From Octopus vulgaris (Eukaryota), in the NCBI GenBank assembly GCA_951406725.2, contig OX597816.1:158782001-158846000 (forward strand): a stretch of DNA of 64,000 nt. The letters run 5' to 3'. A model generated the notes under the pieces. It searched no databases and had not been told where the DNA came from. It was given only the letters and a program-made list of their open reading frames with translations. The position numbers and the translations under genes were made by a program. Shown piece after piece: positions 13,501 through 25,960 of the stretch; the stretch's first letter is position 1; every line of letters starts with the position of its first letter.

Positions 13501-13844
13501 TAATACTGACCATCACTAGGATATTTTTTTAAAGCTTAAATAAGAAAAAGAGATTATACCCCTAACATTCACAGCTCTCCATGACTAGTGTTCAGTATGA
13601 ACCTATGTAAGTCGGTGCTGGTAGCTGGCAGGTAAAACATTAGCAGGGAGACACTTCGGAAAGGAATGTTAAAGTATATTTTGGTTAGTGCAAAATACAC
13701 TTTACATATATATATATATATATGCATGGCGAAGGGGAGAAAAGATGCTGCTTTGAGTGAGGGGAAGAGGAGAGCCAAGTTTATCAGGTGGAAGTTTGAT
13801 GTAAGTAGTTGATTCTGAGGAACAAAAACTTTTGTAATAGCAAT

Positions 13845-13888
<44 letters not shown>

Positions 13889-14949
13889 ATGTGTGAAACA
13901 GAACCTGAAGTGTGTTGGTGAATGTGTTTTTGTTTAAGGGCTAGATAATTTTCTTTTGGATGCAGTCTAGGATGTTTTTGTACCAGCCACATTACCCAGA
14001 TGTGGGGCTAATATCCTATTGTGGGGTCAATAATGTGTTTATGTACCAGGAGCTGTCCTATTACAGATCTGGATACTTCTTTGTGGGTTTTACTTGACCT
14101 TTGTAGAGGGTCAGCAAATGAACAGAGCTGAAGTAGTATCTGGTTTTACCATGAAAAGCTAGTCTTTGGTAGAGGCTTATTCTAAGGTTATGAATATGAG
14201 ATCTTCAGGAAAAATCACCAGAGATTCTTAGACTCAATGTTCAGAGTAACTTTAAGGGCCTTAATAGAATGTTATCTTGATTATCTTGGCTATCATCTAA
14301 ACTGCCCAAAGTATTGAGGCATTTCAACCTTCACAATAATCAACTGAGGGTGTTGCAGGATTTTTCAAAAGCACTTCATTTTAAAATTTTGAGAGGCCAT
14401 TTCTGATGTTATCTATAAAGTTATACATCTTCCCAGTCTTTCATGACTAGGCCATAGCAAATTCTGATCTACTTTTGGGTAAAGCTTCATAAGGAATGGG
14501 CTCTTCCAGGTTGAATTTCCCTGGAGACACCTCACGAAAGTGTTACCACAGTGATGTAATAGCTTATGAGATTTATCACTGTTCTGCTCTGAGGTTACTG
14601 AAAGAATAATCTCAGTCTATCACAATTGATCATTAACTCTCCTACTGAGAATAACATAAGCGTTCAGCTGTTCAATCAACTGAGAAACCCATTCATTGAA
14701 CTAGCATGCTAAACTGGATGAGTATTCCACAGCTATGTGTAGCCTCAGTGTAATTCTAAATTAGAATCATCATTTAACGTCCATTTTCCATGCTGGCATG
14801 GGTTGGATGGTTCAACAGGAGCTGGCAAGCCAGAAGGCTGCACTAAGCACTGTTTGCTTTGGTATGGTTTCTACAGTCAAATGCCTTCTTAATGCTAACC
14901 ACTTTACAAAGTGTACTTGGTGCTTTTTACATGGCATAAGTGGCAGCGA

Positions 14950-15502
14950 TGATGATGATCATCATCATGGGTTGTACGGTTCGACTGGGGTCTGGGAAGC
15001 TAGGAGGCTGCACCAGGCTCCAGTCCGATCTGGCAGTGTTTCTACAGCTGGATGCCCTTCCTAACGCCAACCACTCCATGAGTGTAATGGGTGCTTTTTA
15101 CGTGTCACCAGCACAGGGACCAGAGGAGACTGGCAACGGCCACGATCTGTTGGTGCTTTTTACGTGCCACTGGCACAGAAGCCAGTTTAGGTGGTGCTGG
15201 CATCGACCACGTTCGGATGGTGTTTTTTACGTGCCACCGGCATGGATATCACAACTACAATTTCCATTTGATTTTCATTTTGATGATGTACTTGACACAC
15301 TAGGTCTCCTCAAGCACAGCAGGTCGCCCTACGATCCAAGTTAAGCACAGCAGGCTGTCCTGCAATCCAAGGTACTTTGAATGGGCTGGAGCTGGTTATA
15401 TGAAGCTGGTGCAGGATACAGCCATGACTTTATTTGTCGGGTTTTCGCAGTAACAGCATATCTCCAGAGGTCTCGGTCTTTCATCATTGCTTCTGTGAGG
15501 CA
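14950..15502 (-). mobile_element. 3' end of an RTE-clade LINE (end of ORF plus 3' UTR; family C)
   Basis: Reverse complement of 15460-15502 (gcctcacagaagcaatgatgaaagaccgagacctctggaga) matches the end of the RTE ORF at ~41810-41850. It continues into the ggaagggcatccagctgtagaaac UTR seen many times in the window, with a (GAT)n tail. Confidence 0.75.
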
Positions 15503-17035
15503 ATATCACCAAATAACTTGTAGGACAAGAACCCTCAACTGAAGGGTGTAGTATTGAGGGAGGTGGTTTTGTGCTATGATAAGAGAGAACTAGGTCCCTT
15601 GCTGTAGAGGAGATACATGATAACCCCAGTCTGAGGAAAGAGAAAAGGTGATGAGGAAGATGTGTCAGGGCATACCCTCAAGGTACAAGGAGGTGAACAT
15701 AAGTGGTACAGAAGTTTGGACAGGGTAAGTGAGCAGTGGAACATGTGAATTACTGGTACAGTCCAGCTAAAAGGCTTCTATGATTTCTTCTTTGGTTCCT
15801 GTCAACATAATTTCTCACATGATACATGGATTGACTAGTAGCAAGGGTAAAAAACATTTGCCCAATATACCACCTAGTGAGATTGAACCTGGAACTTCAT
15901 GGTTGTGAAGCAAACTTCTTAAATATTCAGCCACACCTGCAGCCATCATAATTAATAACTAATTAATCTGTCAATGTTAATTAATAATTGATAAAGAAAC
16001 AATAACTGATTAGTTAGTAAATATTTTAATCATTCTTGTAATAGATTATGGATAAGAATAGTTCAAAAATGTATAACTGTTCCAAAAATATGGAAGGAAG
16101 TATTCTTTGCTAATTCCAAACGGGTGCAGACATGATTGTATAGTTAGGAGGTTCACTTTATAAGAACAAGGTTTAAGGTTCAAACCCACCATGTGGTACC
16201 TTGAGTAAGTAAGTTGTTTGTTGTAGCCTCTAATTGTCTAAATCCTTGAGATTGAAATTTGGCAGACAGAAACTGTATAGAAGACCATTGGCAGAACTCT
16301 TCTGTTTTGGAGTAATAGATTTGTTACCATATTTCTGTGGAAATATACTGTTTTTTTTTGGTTTTTTTTGAGAATTAATTTTGAAAATAATGAAAAATTC
16401 TGTAAAATGATTTTGTCAGTATTAAGCTGATGTTTGGAACATAAATTAAGATGAAAGTTTGAGGGACAGTATCAATTTAGATCACTTTAAACATGAAGCT
16501 TATATCGCAGACTCAGGTGTGGCAAGTCTCAGGCAAGTTGGTATCAAAAAGGTTAATCAAAACCCCACCATATGGCCTTGGGTGCTTTTAGCAGAGTCCA
16601 TTCTATTGCAAGCATTCATGCCAAGTTTCTGTACAGAGAATAACCTACCCACTTCTTTCCAACCATGTCAAAAACCCTGAAAGAAGAAGGTCATTAATGT
16701 GACCCTTCTTCCTTTAAGTCACTTATAAAATATAAAAAAAACATACATTACAAATAATACTTTCCTTGCAGTCATGCCTGACTTCATTTATGGGTTACAT
16801 GTAGCATAAGAAAAAAAAGTTATTCACAATTACAAAGAGGGTTGAATAACTAACTAAACAAGGTATAAGCAGATATTTTATGAAGTAACAGAATACAAAA
16901 GAAAAAACACCTACTTAGAGGTGAAGCAGTTTAGTTTTATAATTTTCACTTGTAGTTTTTAAGGCGTCTGTTCTATTAGTTTTATTAACTAAAATTTGTG
17001 GTTAACAAATAGTTATGTAATAATAGCAGGCTATC

Positions 17036-17530
17036 TGGCAATATCACAGCAATGTATGGTGAACTCTGTAAACAATAAATATGGATAAAGAGCAATGTCA
17101 TACAGCGATGTATGGTGAGCTGTGCAGACAATAAAAATAGGAAAAGGAGCATTGCCACTCAGGAATGATTGGTGGGCTCTGAAAACTAGAATGGCCAGAG
17201 AGCAATTTCATACAACAATCTATGGTGAGCCAAGGTAGCTAATAAACACGAGTAGTGGAGTAATGCCAGAGAGCAAGTAAGGTGAGCTACACAGGCATAA
17301 ACAGGGATAAGGAACAATGTCACACAGCAATGTATGGTGAACCATTTAACCCATAACAGGAACAAGAGGTAATGTCATACAGTAGTGTATGGTGAGCTAT
17401 GTAGACAAAGATGAACAGGCAACAATGTCATGCAGCAATGTATGGTGAGTTACATAGGCTATAAACAGGGATAAGGAGTATGTATGGTGAGCTATGTACA
17501 CAAATATGCATAATGACTTCTGTGAGTTAC
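17036..17530 (+). repeat. Diverged ~55-bp tandem array (about 10 units) with a conserved hairpin core
   Basis: Core GCAATGTCATACAGCAATGTATGGTGAGCT recurs every ~40-60 bp with more variable linkers. Confidence 0.85.
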
Positions 17531-18339
17531 AAATATTTATGAAGAGTTTGAACAATAACTTGTTTGGAAAGAAGTTTTAAAGTTTACTTAGGTTTTCACA
17601 GGAGCCATGACAAAAGCAATTTAGTATTCATAATCTTGATATGGGACAATTTATAGGAAAATAAAGGCGTGGTCAAGAAGAATTGAGTGTGTGGAAGTGT
17701 GTGGGTGGGAAGATAGACAGAGAGAATAAAAGGTTGTTCATATAGAGTTGCAGAAATCAAATAATTGTTGAAAGAAAAGATCACATGAAATAAAATTGAA
17801 GGCAGAATAGCTTAAAGTATTAAAATCATAGCCGAGACAGATAAAAGTAAAAGAGGAAAAAAATGACCTTGATCAGTATTGTAAAATTGGAGTAAATACT
17901 TAAATACTCTGAAGGTATTTCATTTAGTGGGTGTATAGTGAGAGAAACATTCCTTACAAACTATTTACATTTCAATCATTCACAGTACACTGAAGTAATT
18001 AGTTATATATTCAGTCCAGCTCCAGATATAATTGAAGAACAAAACTATGTCTTTGAAGAAGTAAATAAGTTTAGTTACTATGGCAGCATATTTTAGTATT
18101 TGAGGGATAGGACTGAGTGGCAATATAATAATTGGCAGGGCAGGAACAATATGGAGATGGAGCTTAAATAATTTCTAATTATATTACGTCAAGGTACAGG
18201 CATAGCTGTGTGGTTGAGAAGCTTACTTCCCAACGATGTGGTCTTAGGTTCAGTCCCACTGTTTGGTAATTTGGGCAAGGGTCTTTAGCTATGGCCCCCA
18301 GGCCAACCCAAACTTAATGAGTGGATTTGGTAGGTGGAC

Positions 18340-18870
18340 AAAGATATAAAAGGTGAGGGATCAAAGGCATGAAAGGTGAGAGGTCAAAAGTATGGAGAAG
18401 GTGGAGACAAATGTATGAAGAATAAAAGAGCAAAAGTATGAAAGTTGAGAAGACAAATATATGAAAGGTGACAGATCAAAGGTATGAAGGGTGAGGGATT
18501 AAATGTACGACAGGTCAAGAGTCAAAGATTTAGAGAAGAAGAAGACCAAAGTTATAAAGAATGAGGGCTCAACAGTATCAAGTATGAAGGACTAAAAGTA
18601 TAAAGTGAGAGGAAGGGATTAAGGTACTGGACAAATCTCACATTCAAACTACAACACCAGAATTATATTTTCATATAGGCAGTTACTCTTTTTCACTCCA
18701 ATTTGCAAGTCGCAAGGGTTCAGCAGTGTCAAGTATGAAGGGTTAGGGTTAGGGTTAAAAATATGAAGTGAGGGGAGATCAAGGCATTGGACAAATCTCA
18801 CATTTAAACTACAACATCAGAATTGTATTTTCATATAGGTAGTTACTATTTTTCCCTCAAATCTGCAGGT
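18340..18870 (+). repeat. Degenerate ~22-bp minisatellite followed by a ~160-bp tandem duplication
   Basis: Repeated caaaggtatgaagggtgagggat-like units at 18340-18620; ggacaaatctcacatt(c/t)aaactacaaca...catatagg occurs at ~18629 and ~18789. Confidence 0.75.
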
Positions 18871-20038
18871 CTTGAGCTTAACCCTGTTCCTGGTTTAGTG
18901 GAAATAGCTTAGAGGCAATCCCATTAAAACGGTACAAAAGATTAAATACTAAAAATAGACAACCAATTGTGTTACAACTTTGCAGTCAAGTGTATTCATG
19001 ACTCATTGTTTATGGCATCCCCCATGGCTGTTGTTTACTTCTGTTGTTAATGGGAAAAAAGAAGATTTTATTGTAATGAAACAAGTGTGTGGTAAAACCA
19101 GCACTTTGTCTCATAAATGAGCAAGACTTAGTCTCTTTACAGTCGAGGAAATTACTGATGATATTTATTCTTCAGACAAAGAGTTTACCCTTATGCAGGC
19201 AAAGAGTGATTTGAACAAACCAGTGAAAGTGATAATTCGGGTGAACATAGGCAATAGTTGAGAGATGATAGGCCTATTACTGTTATTCCCCTGAATTTTC
19301 TTTGTGATTCTGTCTGTTAGTTTGCCTGCAATCATTACTTTTGAGTTGTGTATGCAAGAGTTTGTTTTTTTGCTCAGGAGCTCTAGCGGAAGATAAAGTT
19401 AGACACAAGGGCTCAGATCTGAGAGGGTTGATCCCATTCCTCAGAGCAGAAAGTAAATTTGAGAGAAACCACCCTTTGGATTGGTTATTAATTGAACCCA
19501 GGTAACTTTCCCAATGGCCTGATAACAGAAGTCATGTAGATTTAAGAATCTTGTCCAGAAACCTAATGAAACATATTCAATGGACATAAATTCATAGGCT
19601 ATAATTCATAAATTGATCAAGGCATGAGGAGGGGGGGGCGTGAACACTGCAGCTAGATTGGTGAAATTGATGTCTCATGTTTTTGGGGTTAGAATCTGTA
19701 AGAAAAGCATCAGTGAGGACAGAACCAAGTATCTAAATCAAACGCTTGCACCCAAGGATTAGATAGCTGTATAAAACCAGCTAGAATGATGGGCCTAACT
19801 ACTCAAAGATGCAATAGAAATAGAGATAATAAAGAGAAACAGAATCAGTTCACAGTTCAAGAGTAAACAAAATACAGTAGGAATACAGATTATAATAAAT
19901 CTGATGGGTTGTTTTAGCTATAAAATCAGGGAATTACAACACCACCATTCTAAACCAGCCAGGCAACCATCCAATCTACCTATCTATCTGCCTGCCTACC
20001 ACTAAGTGGTTTGATGTTTAAAACATCAAACCACTTAG

Positions 20039-20560
20039 CTATGCACTTCTTTGTAGTTGCCTTATAACTAAGATGGCATCAATGGTGCCTCATCTTAGAA
20101 CAAAGCTGAACTAGATCTCACCAAGGCTAATTTTCTTCCTAATCAATTGTGTTGTAAGTTTTTTTGTATCTTTCATGACCTGGCCTGACAATTTTATACC
20201 CCCATAATCACCACTCCCTCGTCTATCACTTTTGCCCTTGTAGCAGTTGATTGTGATACTGTTGCACCTGCCAGTAATTATGACTTCTCGTTCTACTTGA
20301 TTGACCATGTAAGTTATCAGAACATTCCCTACTTCACTAGATAATCTAAGCAGTTTAATGACTATCCCCAGTGGACTAGCTAGCTTTCTGGCTTACATCT
20401 TCTTAGCTTGTGGCCAAACTGCTATCATCATGAATGGCTGGTCTTGTGTTGGGTCTCCTTGGGATACACTCTCAATCTTTCCACAAAGCATTTTCCTCAT
20501 TCAACATCATCTTACAGTACTACTTCCATGTCTCTTTCATTTTGTCATCAGTAATGGCAA
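20039..20560 (-). mobile_element. Decayed RTE-clade LINE RT fragment
   Basis: Translation CYKGKSDRRGSGDYGGIKLSGQVMK...QLIRKKISLGEI*FSFV...GTIDAI matches the RTE RT motif YKGKGD...YRGIKL...QFGF...STTDAI; contains stops. Confidence 0.8.
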
Positions 20561-20599
20561 GTGGATCATTATTATTCTGCACTCACTTCTTTCCAATGT

Positions 20600-20870
20600 T
20601 TCTTATTTCTTTATTGCCCACAAGGAGCTAAACATAGAGGGGACAAACAAGGACAGACAAAGGGATTAAGTTGATTATATCAACCTCAGTGCATAACTGG
20701 TACTTAATTTATTGACACCGAAAGGATGAAAGGCAAAGTCGACCTTGGCGGAATTTGAACTCAGAACGTCAAGACAGACGAAATACGGCTACGCATTTCG
20801 CCCGGCGTGCTAACGATTCTGCCAGCATTTTTCCTGGCGTGCTAACATTTCTGCCAGCTCGCCACCTTTA
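20600..20870 (-). mobile_element. tRNA-derived SINE (family B)
   Basis: Same core and tail as the units at 1553-2335; full head aaggtggcgagctggcagaa on the minus strand. Confidence 0.85.
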
Positions 20871-21265
20871 AATGATGTTTCTCTCCAATGATGCTTCTAT
20901 CCCCACCTTGCAATCCAGAACACTAATGGTATCCATTACACCCCACTGACACCCTACTTTACTTCCTCTTACTCCAGATCATCACTCTCTTACCTTCCTT
21001 CATATGTCTCCATAACTACCCATCACTCATGCTCTCTCTTTGCAAATAAACATTACACTATTTAGCTACCTCCTCCACTCCCTTGGCCACATTTCTACAA
21101 CTATCCACTATATGCTTTCTCTCTTATCAGAAGGCAGCTGCCATTATTGTCTCTCTTCCATTACCCTCTGTCATTACTTTCCTCTATTACTTCCTTGACC
21201 ATTCTTTCTTTCTCCATCCTACGTCCCCATCATTCTCTCCCACTCTAGTTCATCTTCTGTTCTGC

Positions 21266-21298
<33 letters not shown>

Positions 21299-21392
21299 GA
21301 GTTATAAATTTTGAACTTCTTTTACAAGAATTTTGATCTGAAAATTGTGTTAAAATCAATATTGCTGCATATTGAAAGGGTCACATTATTAA

Positions 21393-21863
21393 CCCTTTAG
21401 CATTTAAACCAGCCAAAATATACGACCAAAATATTCTCTGTGTTTTTATCTTCAAACTGGCCAGATCCAACACGTCATATTTACCCTAAAATATTATTGT
21501 GAAAATAAACAATCACATGGTCGATGCCAGTGTTACACAACTGGCACCTGTGCCAGTGGCATGTAAAAAGCACCATTTGAACACTGGTCTTCATGGAGGC
21601 AGTGACAAGTGATATACTGTGCTTGAGAAGACCTGTCAAGCCAAGTGAGATTGTAGTCATGGCTGATGCTGGTGTTACATAACTAACACCCATGTTGGTG
21701 GCATGTGAAAAGCACCCACTACACTCTTGGAGTGGTTGGCATTAGGAAGGGCATCCAGCTGTAGAAAACAAGCCAAATCAGACTGGAATCTGGTGCCACT
21801 CCCCAGCTAATCAGTAGTCAGTCAAATAATCCAACCCATGCCAACAAGGAACATGGACGTTAA

Positions 21864-21899
<36 letters not shown>

Positions 21900-22008
21900 T
21901 CATTGATATCTCAAAGCTACAAGATAATGCATGATTAATTCAAATCAATGTAAATGAATAAGCATTACATTTGACAGAAGAATCTGAATGCTAAAGAATG
22001 CTAAAGAG
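21393..22008. mobile_element. piggyBac-type MITE with a nested RTE 3'-UTR insertion (~21517-21899)
   Basis: TTAA|ccctttagcatt ... aatgctaaagag|TTAA termini; an uninterrupted degenerate copy lies at ~38788-39005. Confidence 0.75.
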
Positions 22009-22012
22009 TTAA

Positions 22013-22860
22013 AAACCTTTCAACACATCAGTTATTGTTTGACTATATTTTTCTTTTACTTCTTTTCTCTCACCAGAAATTATTTTTGTTACATCACATC
22101 TACGGTCTGGTTGGTGATCAAATAATAGTATCAAGGGAAGATTTGTGGTCTTTCTTAAGTCCATACAATATAGGCATGCTGTCGTTGTTAGTGGCCTAAA
22201 CATTGTTTCCAGTACATTTTCTTGGTTGGAGGATGTCAACATGACATTCTTATATAAGCATCAAGGAGCTTCTTTATCCTTTCATTGTTCCTTCACCCAT
22301 GTCACTAATATGTGGATCTACCAATTGAACATAGTTTAGCAAACCATCTGCAAACATTTGGACAGACTTGTCCATCAGAGAAGAATGCTAATTTTCTATT
22401 TTTAATACACTGCTTCAGTTTTCTGAAACCATTTCCGACTCCAGTATCAAGTTAATCAGTATCCGTCCTTTAATGTTTCCAGCTGTCTTAAATTTTGTCT
22501 TAGTTTCTTTTTAGCCAGTGTAAAATGTTGCTTCTGTTTCCTTATTTGAATATAATGGAATACAGACATGCTTATTAAATGGTTGGATGTATGCATTTCA
22601 TATCATGATTTATCAGAGGGACTGGAGAAGGAGTTTTCATGGCTATTAGTATTGCTGTCATCTGTGTTAATCATGGGATTAGAGTTAAGATCAGCATTGT
22701 TGTTACCAATGTTTCATATTCCTGGGGGAGTTATTGCCGTTATGCCTGTTATTTATGAATTTTCATCCAATTTATGTGAAAGCCTTCCATACACAAGGTG
22801 ATCAATAATATTAAGATGTCTATTTAAAATTGAAAATCTTTCACTCAAACTAGATGGCAA
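22013..22860 (-). mobile_element. Decayed Penelope-like element (PLE) RT N-terminal region
   Basis: Piecewise minus-strand translation GFRKLKQCIKNRKLAF / DKSVQMFADGLLNYVQLVDPH / PILYGLKKDHK...PTRP resembles PLE motifs (L..L......ADKG...Y; P.(F/L)YGLPK.HK...P.RP); multiple stops and frameshifts. Confidence 0.65.
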
Positions 22861-23199
22861 TTACCATGTTTCAGGTTCAGTCCCACTGTAGGACACCTTG
22901 CGCAAGTGTCTTCTACTACAGGCCTGATAGACGGAAACTGCAAGAAGCCTGTCATATGTGTGTATATATATGTATATGTGTATGCAATGGTCTTTGTGTC
23001 GATCTACCCCACCAACTGCTTGAAAACTGATGTTGGTTTATGTCTCTGATTTAGCAATTCAGCATAAGGAGATCAATGGGATAAGTACTAAATATTTTAA
23101 AAAAAAAAAAAAAAGGATACTGGGGTCAATTTGCTCTATTTAAAACCCTTCAAGGCGGTACTCCAGCATGGCCGCCAACAAATGACTGAAACAAGTAAA

Positions 23200-23620
23200 A
23201 GGTAATGCAAAAATGGAGAAGAACCACAGAAACATTGACATAGAAAATGTTAATAGCAGGAATATTGAAAATGAACTCCCTCCATAGTAATAATTGTATC
23301 TTGGTTGGAACCAAACCTAGATATACACAGGTATGAGATGGTGCATAGTCATGAGAGACCAAAATAATCAATAAAAAAAAACAACTTAATGTCAGTACAA
23401 ATATATATAATTGGTAAAGGACTGAGTATATAAAAATACAGAATATATATATATGTGCTGATGAAAGGAATATTGGAATAGGGTTGTATTTCTAGCATCT
23501 CTATATCTAATTAACCCAGAAATGCGTTCACAAGTAATCTTTCGAGTGAACTTTCGTTATTTTTCCCTCTATACCGACGTGTAATGTTTTCGAGTATACA
23601 TTGTCTGGGAGACTCTTCTT
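23200..23620 (+). mobile_element. Probable PLE 3' end (GIY-YIG tail plus pLTR with hammerhead remnant)
   Basis: ETKIINKKKQLN at ~23355-23390 resembles the E...I....P.LN end of PLE GIY-YIG domains; followed by tgtg-CTGATGA(23458)...GAAA(23519)-tgcgtt-caca. Confidence 0.45.
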
Positions 23621-24996
23621 AAAGTAGAAGAAATAGCTAAATTCTTTGGCTGCTATTTCTAAAAGTTCGGTGTGTGGTAAAGCAATTTTTTTGCTGAACC
23701 CTATTATATAAAATAATGTTTGTTTATATATATATATATATTTATATATGAGACCATCACCTCGTGGCCTATGCCAGGGGTGTGACCAGCCCACTTATGC
23801 ATACCTTTCCTTCATTGGACACTAAACTCCTACGACTGCAAGTCCGCTGCCCTAACCACTGGGCCATTGCGCCTCCACACATATATAAATATATATACAC
23901 ACACACTCAGAGCATAGACTGCAAAAAAAGTAGTCACTAGAGAGATTAACGATAAAGTTAATAACCCAGAAAATGAAAAGCTAGTCAAGTCAGAATCTCT
24001 TGAAAGAGAATTAATAAAGTTAAATGTCTTCTCCAAAGAAGATACTTCTTACGATTTACTATTTATAGTTTGTAAATCATAAAGTAAATTGGTTAAAATG
24101 GTTGACTTTGTTTACTCACAAGGTTTTCACATTCTTTTCTCTTTCTCCAAATATATTTCATTACACTAGTGGTTCCCAACCACTTTTTGCCTATGGACCC
24201 CATTTATTCCACAGGCAGCAAGTAATTTCATAGCTATTCAATGATTAAAAACTCCCTTTATATTAAAAATTCCTTCAATATTTATATTAAAAACTCCCTT
24301 TATGACTTATGTTAAAACTCCCTTTATCATCATCATCATCATCATCATCATTGTTTAATGTCTTTTTTCCATGCTGACATGGGTTGGATGGTTTGACTGA
24401 GGACTGGAGAGCCAGCAGCTGCACCAGGCTCCAGTCTAATCTGTTTCTACAGCTGGATGCCCTTCCTAACACCAACAACTCTGAGAGTGTAGTGGGTGCT
24501 TTTTACATGCCATCAGCATAGGAGCCAGTCAGGTGGGCTTGGTATTGATCAGATTCAGATAGTGGTTTTTACATGTCACTGGCACAGAGACCAGTCAGTA
24601 GGTATTGGCATTGGCCACGTTCAGATGGTGCTTTTTACGTGCCACCGGCAAGAGAGCCAGTCAGGGGTTACTGGCATCAACCATGTTCAGGTGTTGCTTT
24701 TTACGTGCTATTGGCATGGGGGCCAGTCAGGGGGCACTGGCCACAGCTACAATATTGGTTTTATATTAAAATCTCCTTTATATTTATATTAAAAACTCCC
24801 TTTATAATTTACTGAAATTTCAAAAAAAAAAAATGTTACAAGGTGTTATATGATGTGCTTGACCAGAATTCGACTGCTGGTTTTGTTAGTTCGAGAAGTG
24901 TTGATCTTGAATTCATACTTGCTTTAAATGGCTGAGATTGTATATTCACAAGGTTTCTACATTCTGTCCCCTTTCCCCAAATATATCTCATTAAAC

Positions 24997-25459
24997 TAGT
25001 GGTTTTCAACCATTTTTTGCTTATGGACCCCTTTGATCCCACAGGGAGCAAGTAATTTCATACCTATTCAATGATTAAAAACTCCCTTTATATTTTTATG
25101 ATTAAATATTATTAGGAATCATCATCATCATCATCATTTAACGTCCGTTCTCCATGCTAGCATGGGTTGGACGGTTCGACCGGGGATCTGGGAGGCCAGA
25201 AGGCAGCACCAAGCTCCAGTCTGATCTGGCAGTGTTTCTACAGCTGGATGCCCTTCCTAACGCCAACCACTCCGTGAGTGTAGTGGGTGCTTTTTACGTG
25301 CCAGGTGAGGCTGGCAACAGCCACGATCGGATTGGTGCTTTTTACGTGCCACTGGCAAAAAATGTGTATTATAGAAATATAACCAGTTTATTGCACATAA
25401 ATCTTAACAAAACTTTGTGGACCCTCAAGGGCTGTATGGACCCTGGTTGAAAACCACTG
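24997..25459. mobile_element. hAT-type MITE with a nested RTE 3'-UTR insertion (~25118-25356)
   Basis: TIRs tagtggttttcaacca / tggttgaaaaccactg; 8-bp flanks cattaaac / tattaaac (TSD, one mismatch). A partial duplicate lies ~830 bp upstream. Confidence 0.75.
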
Positions 25460-25724
25460 TATTAAACTGTAACAGTGGAAGATGGATGTGATTTATTGGG
25501 TATTATCTGAGGCATCCAGAGTTTCCCTGCCATCCAGATAATCACCTGGGAACTGATCTATGAGAAAAGGAACTGTAGGTAACCACCTGAAACCTTCAAA
25601 ACCTTGTTTGAAGACAGTGATGTACCAACCTTGATGATGAACTTTGGGGTACTGTTGATAGTGGAAAAGAATATATGGTACATGTCATTGTGCTTGATAT
25701 AAATACAAGTGGTAGTCAACAGAT

Positions 25725-25960
25725 AATAACAATGATGACAACGATGAGGATGATGATGATAATGACAATGATGATAACGATGATGATGGTTAAAATAATG
25801 GCGATGATAATAATGATGGTGATGATGGGAATGATGATGATAATGATGATAAGGGCAATGATGAAATGATGGTAATGATGATGGAAATGATGATAATGAT
25901 GGAAATGATGGGAATGATGATGATAATGATGGAAATGATGATGCTGATGGCAATGATGGT
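25725..25960. repeat. Degenerate (GAT/AAT)n trinucleotide tract
   Basis: Directly visible; accounts for the His-rich and Met-rich ORFs. Confidence 0.9.

Noticed and set aside
17036-17530. CRISPR array
   Set aside because: Eukaryotic context, no cas genes, degenerate repeats and mutually related linkers; kept as a hairpin array instead.
18740-18757. (GGGTTA)3 telomere-like motif
   Set aside because: Only three units inside a G-rich minisatellite; too short to call an interstitial telomere.
23910-24082. Protein-like plus-strand frame (TAKKVVTREINDKVNNPENEK...)
   Set aside because: No start codon, convincing splice sites or recognisable motif; a similar frame at ~26112-26231 was rejected for the same reasons.
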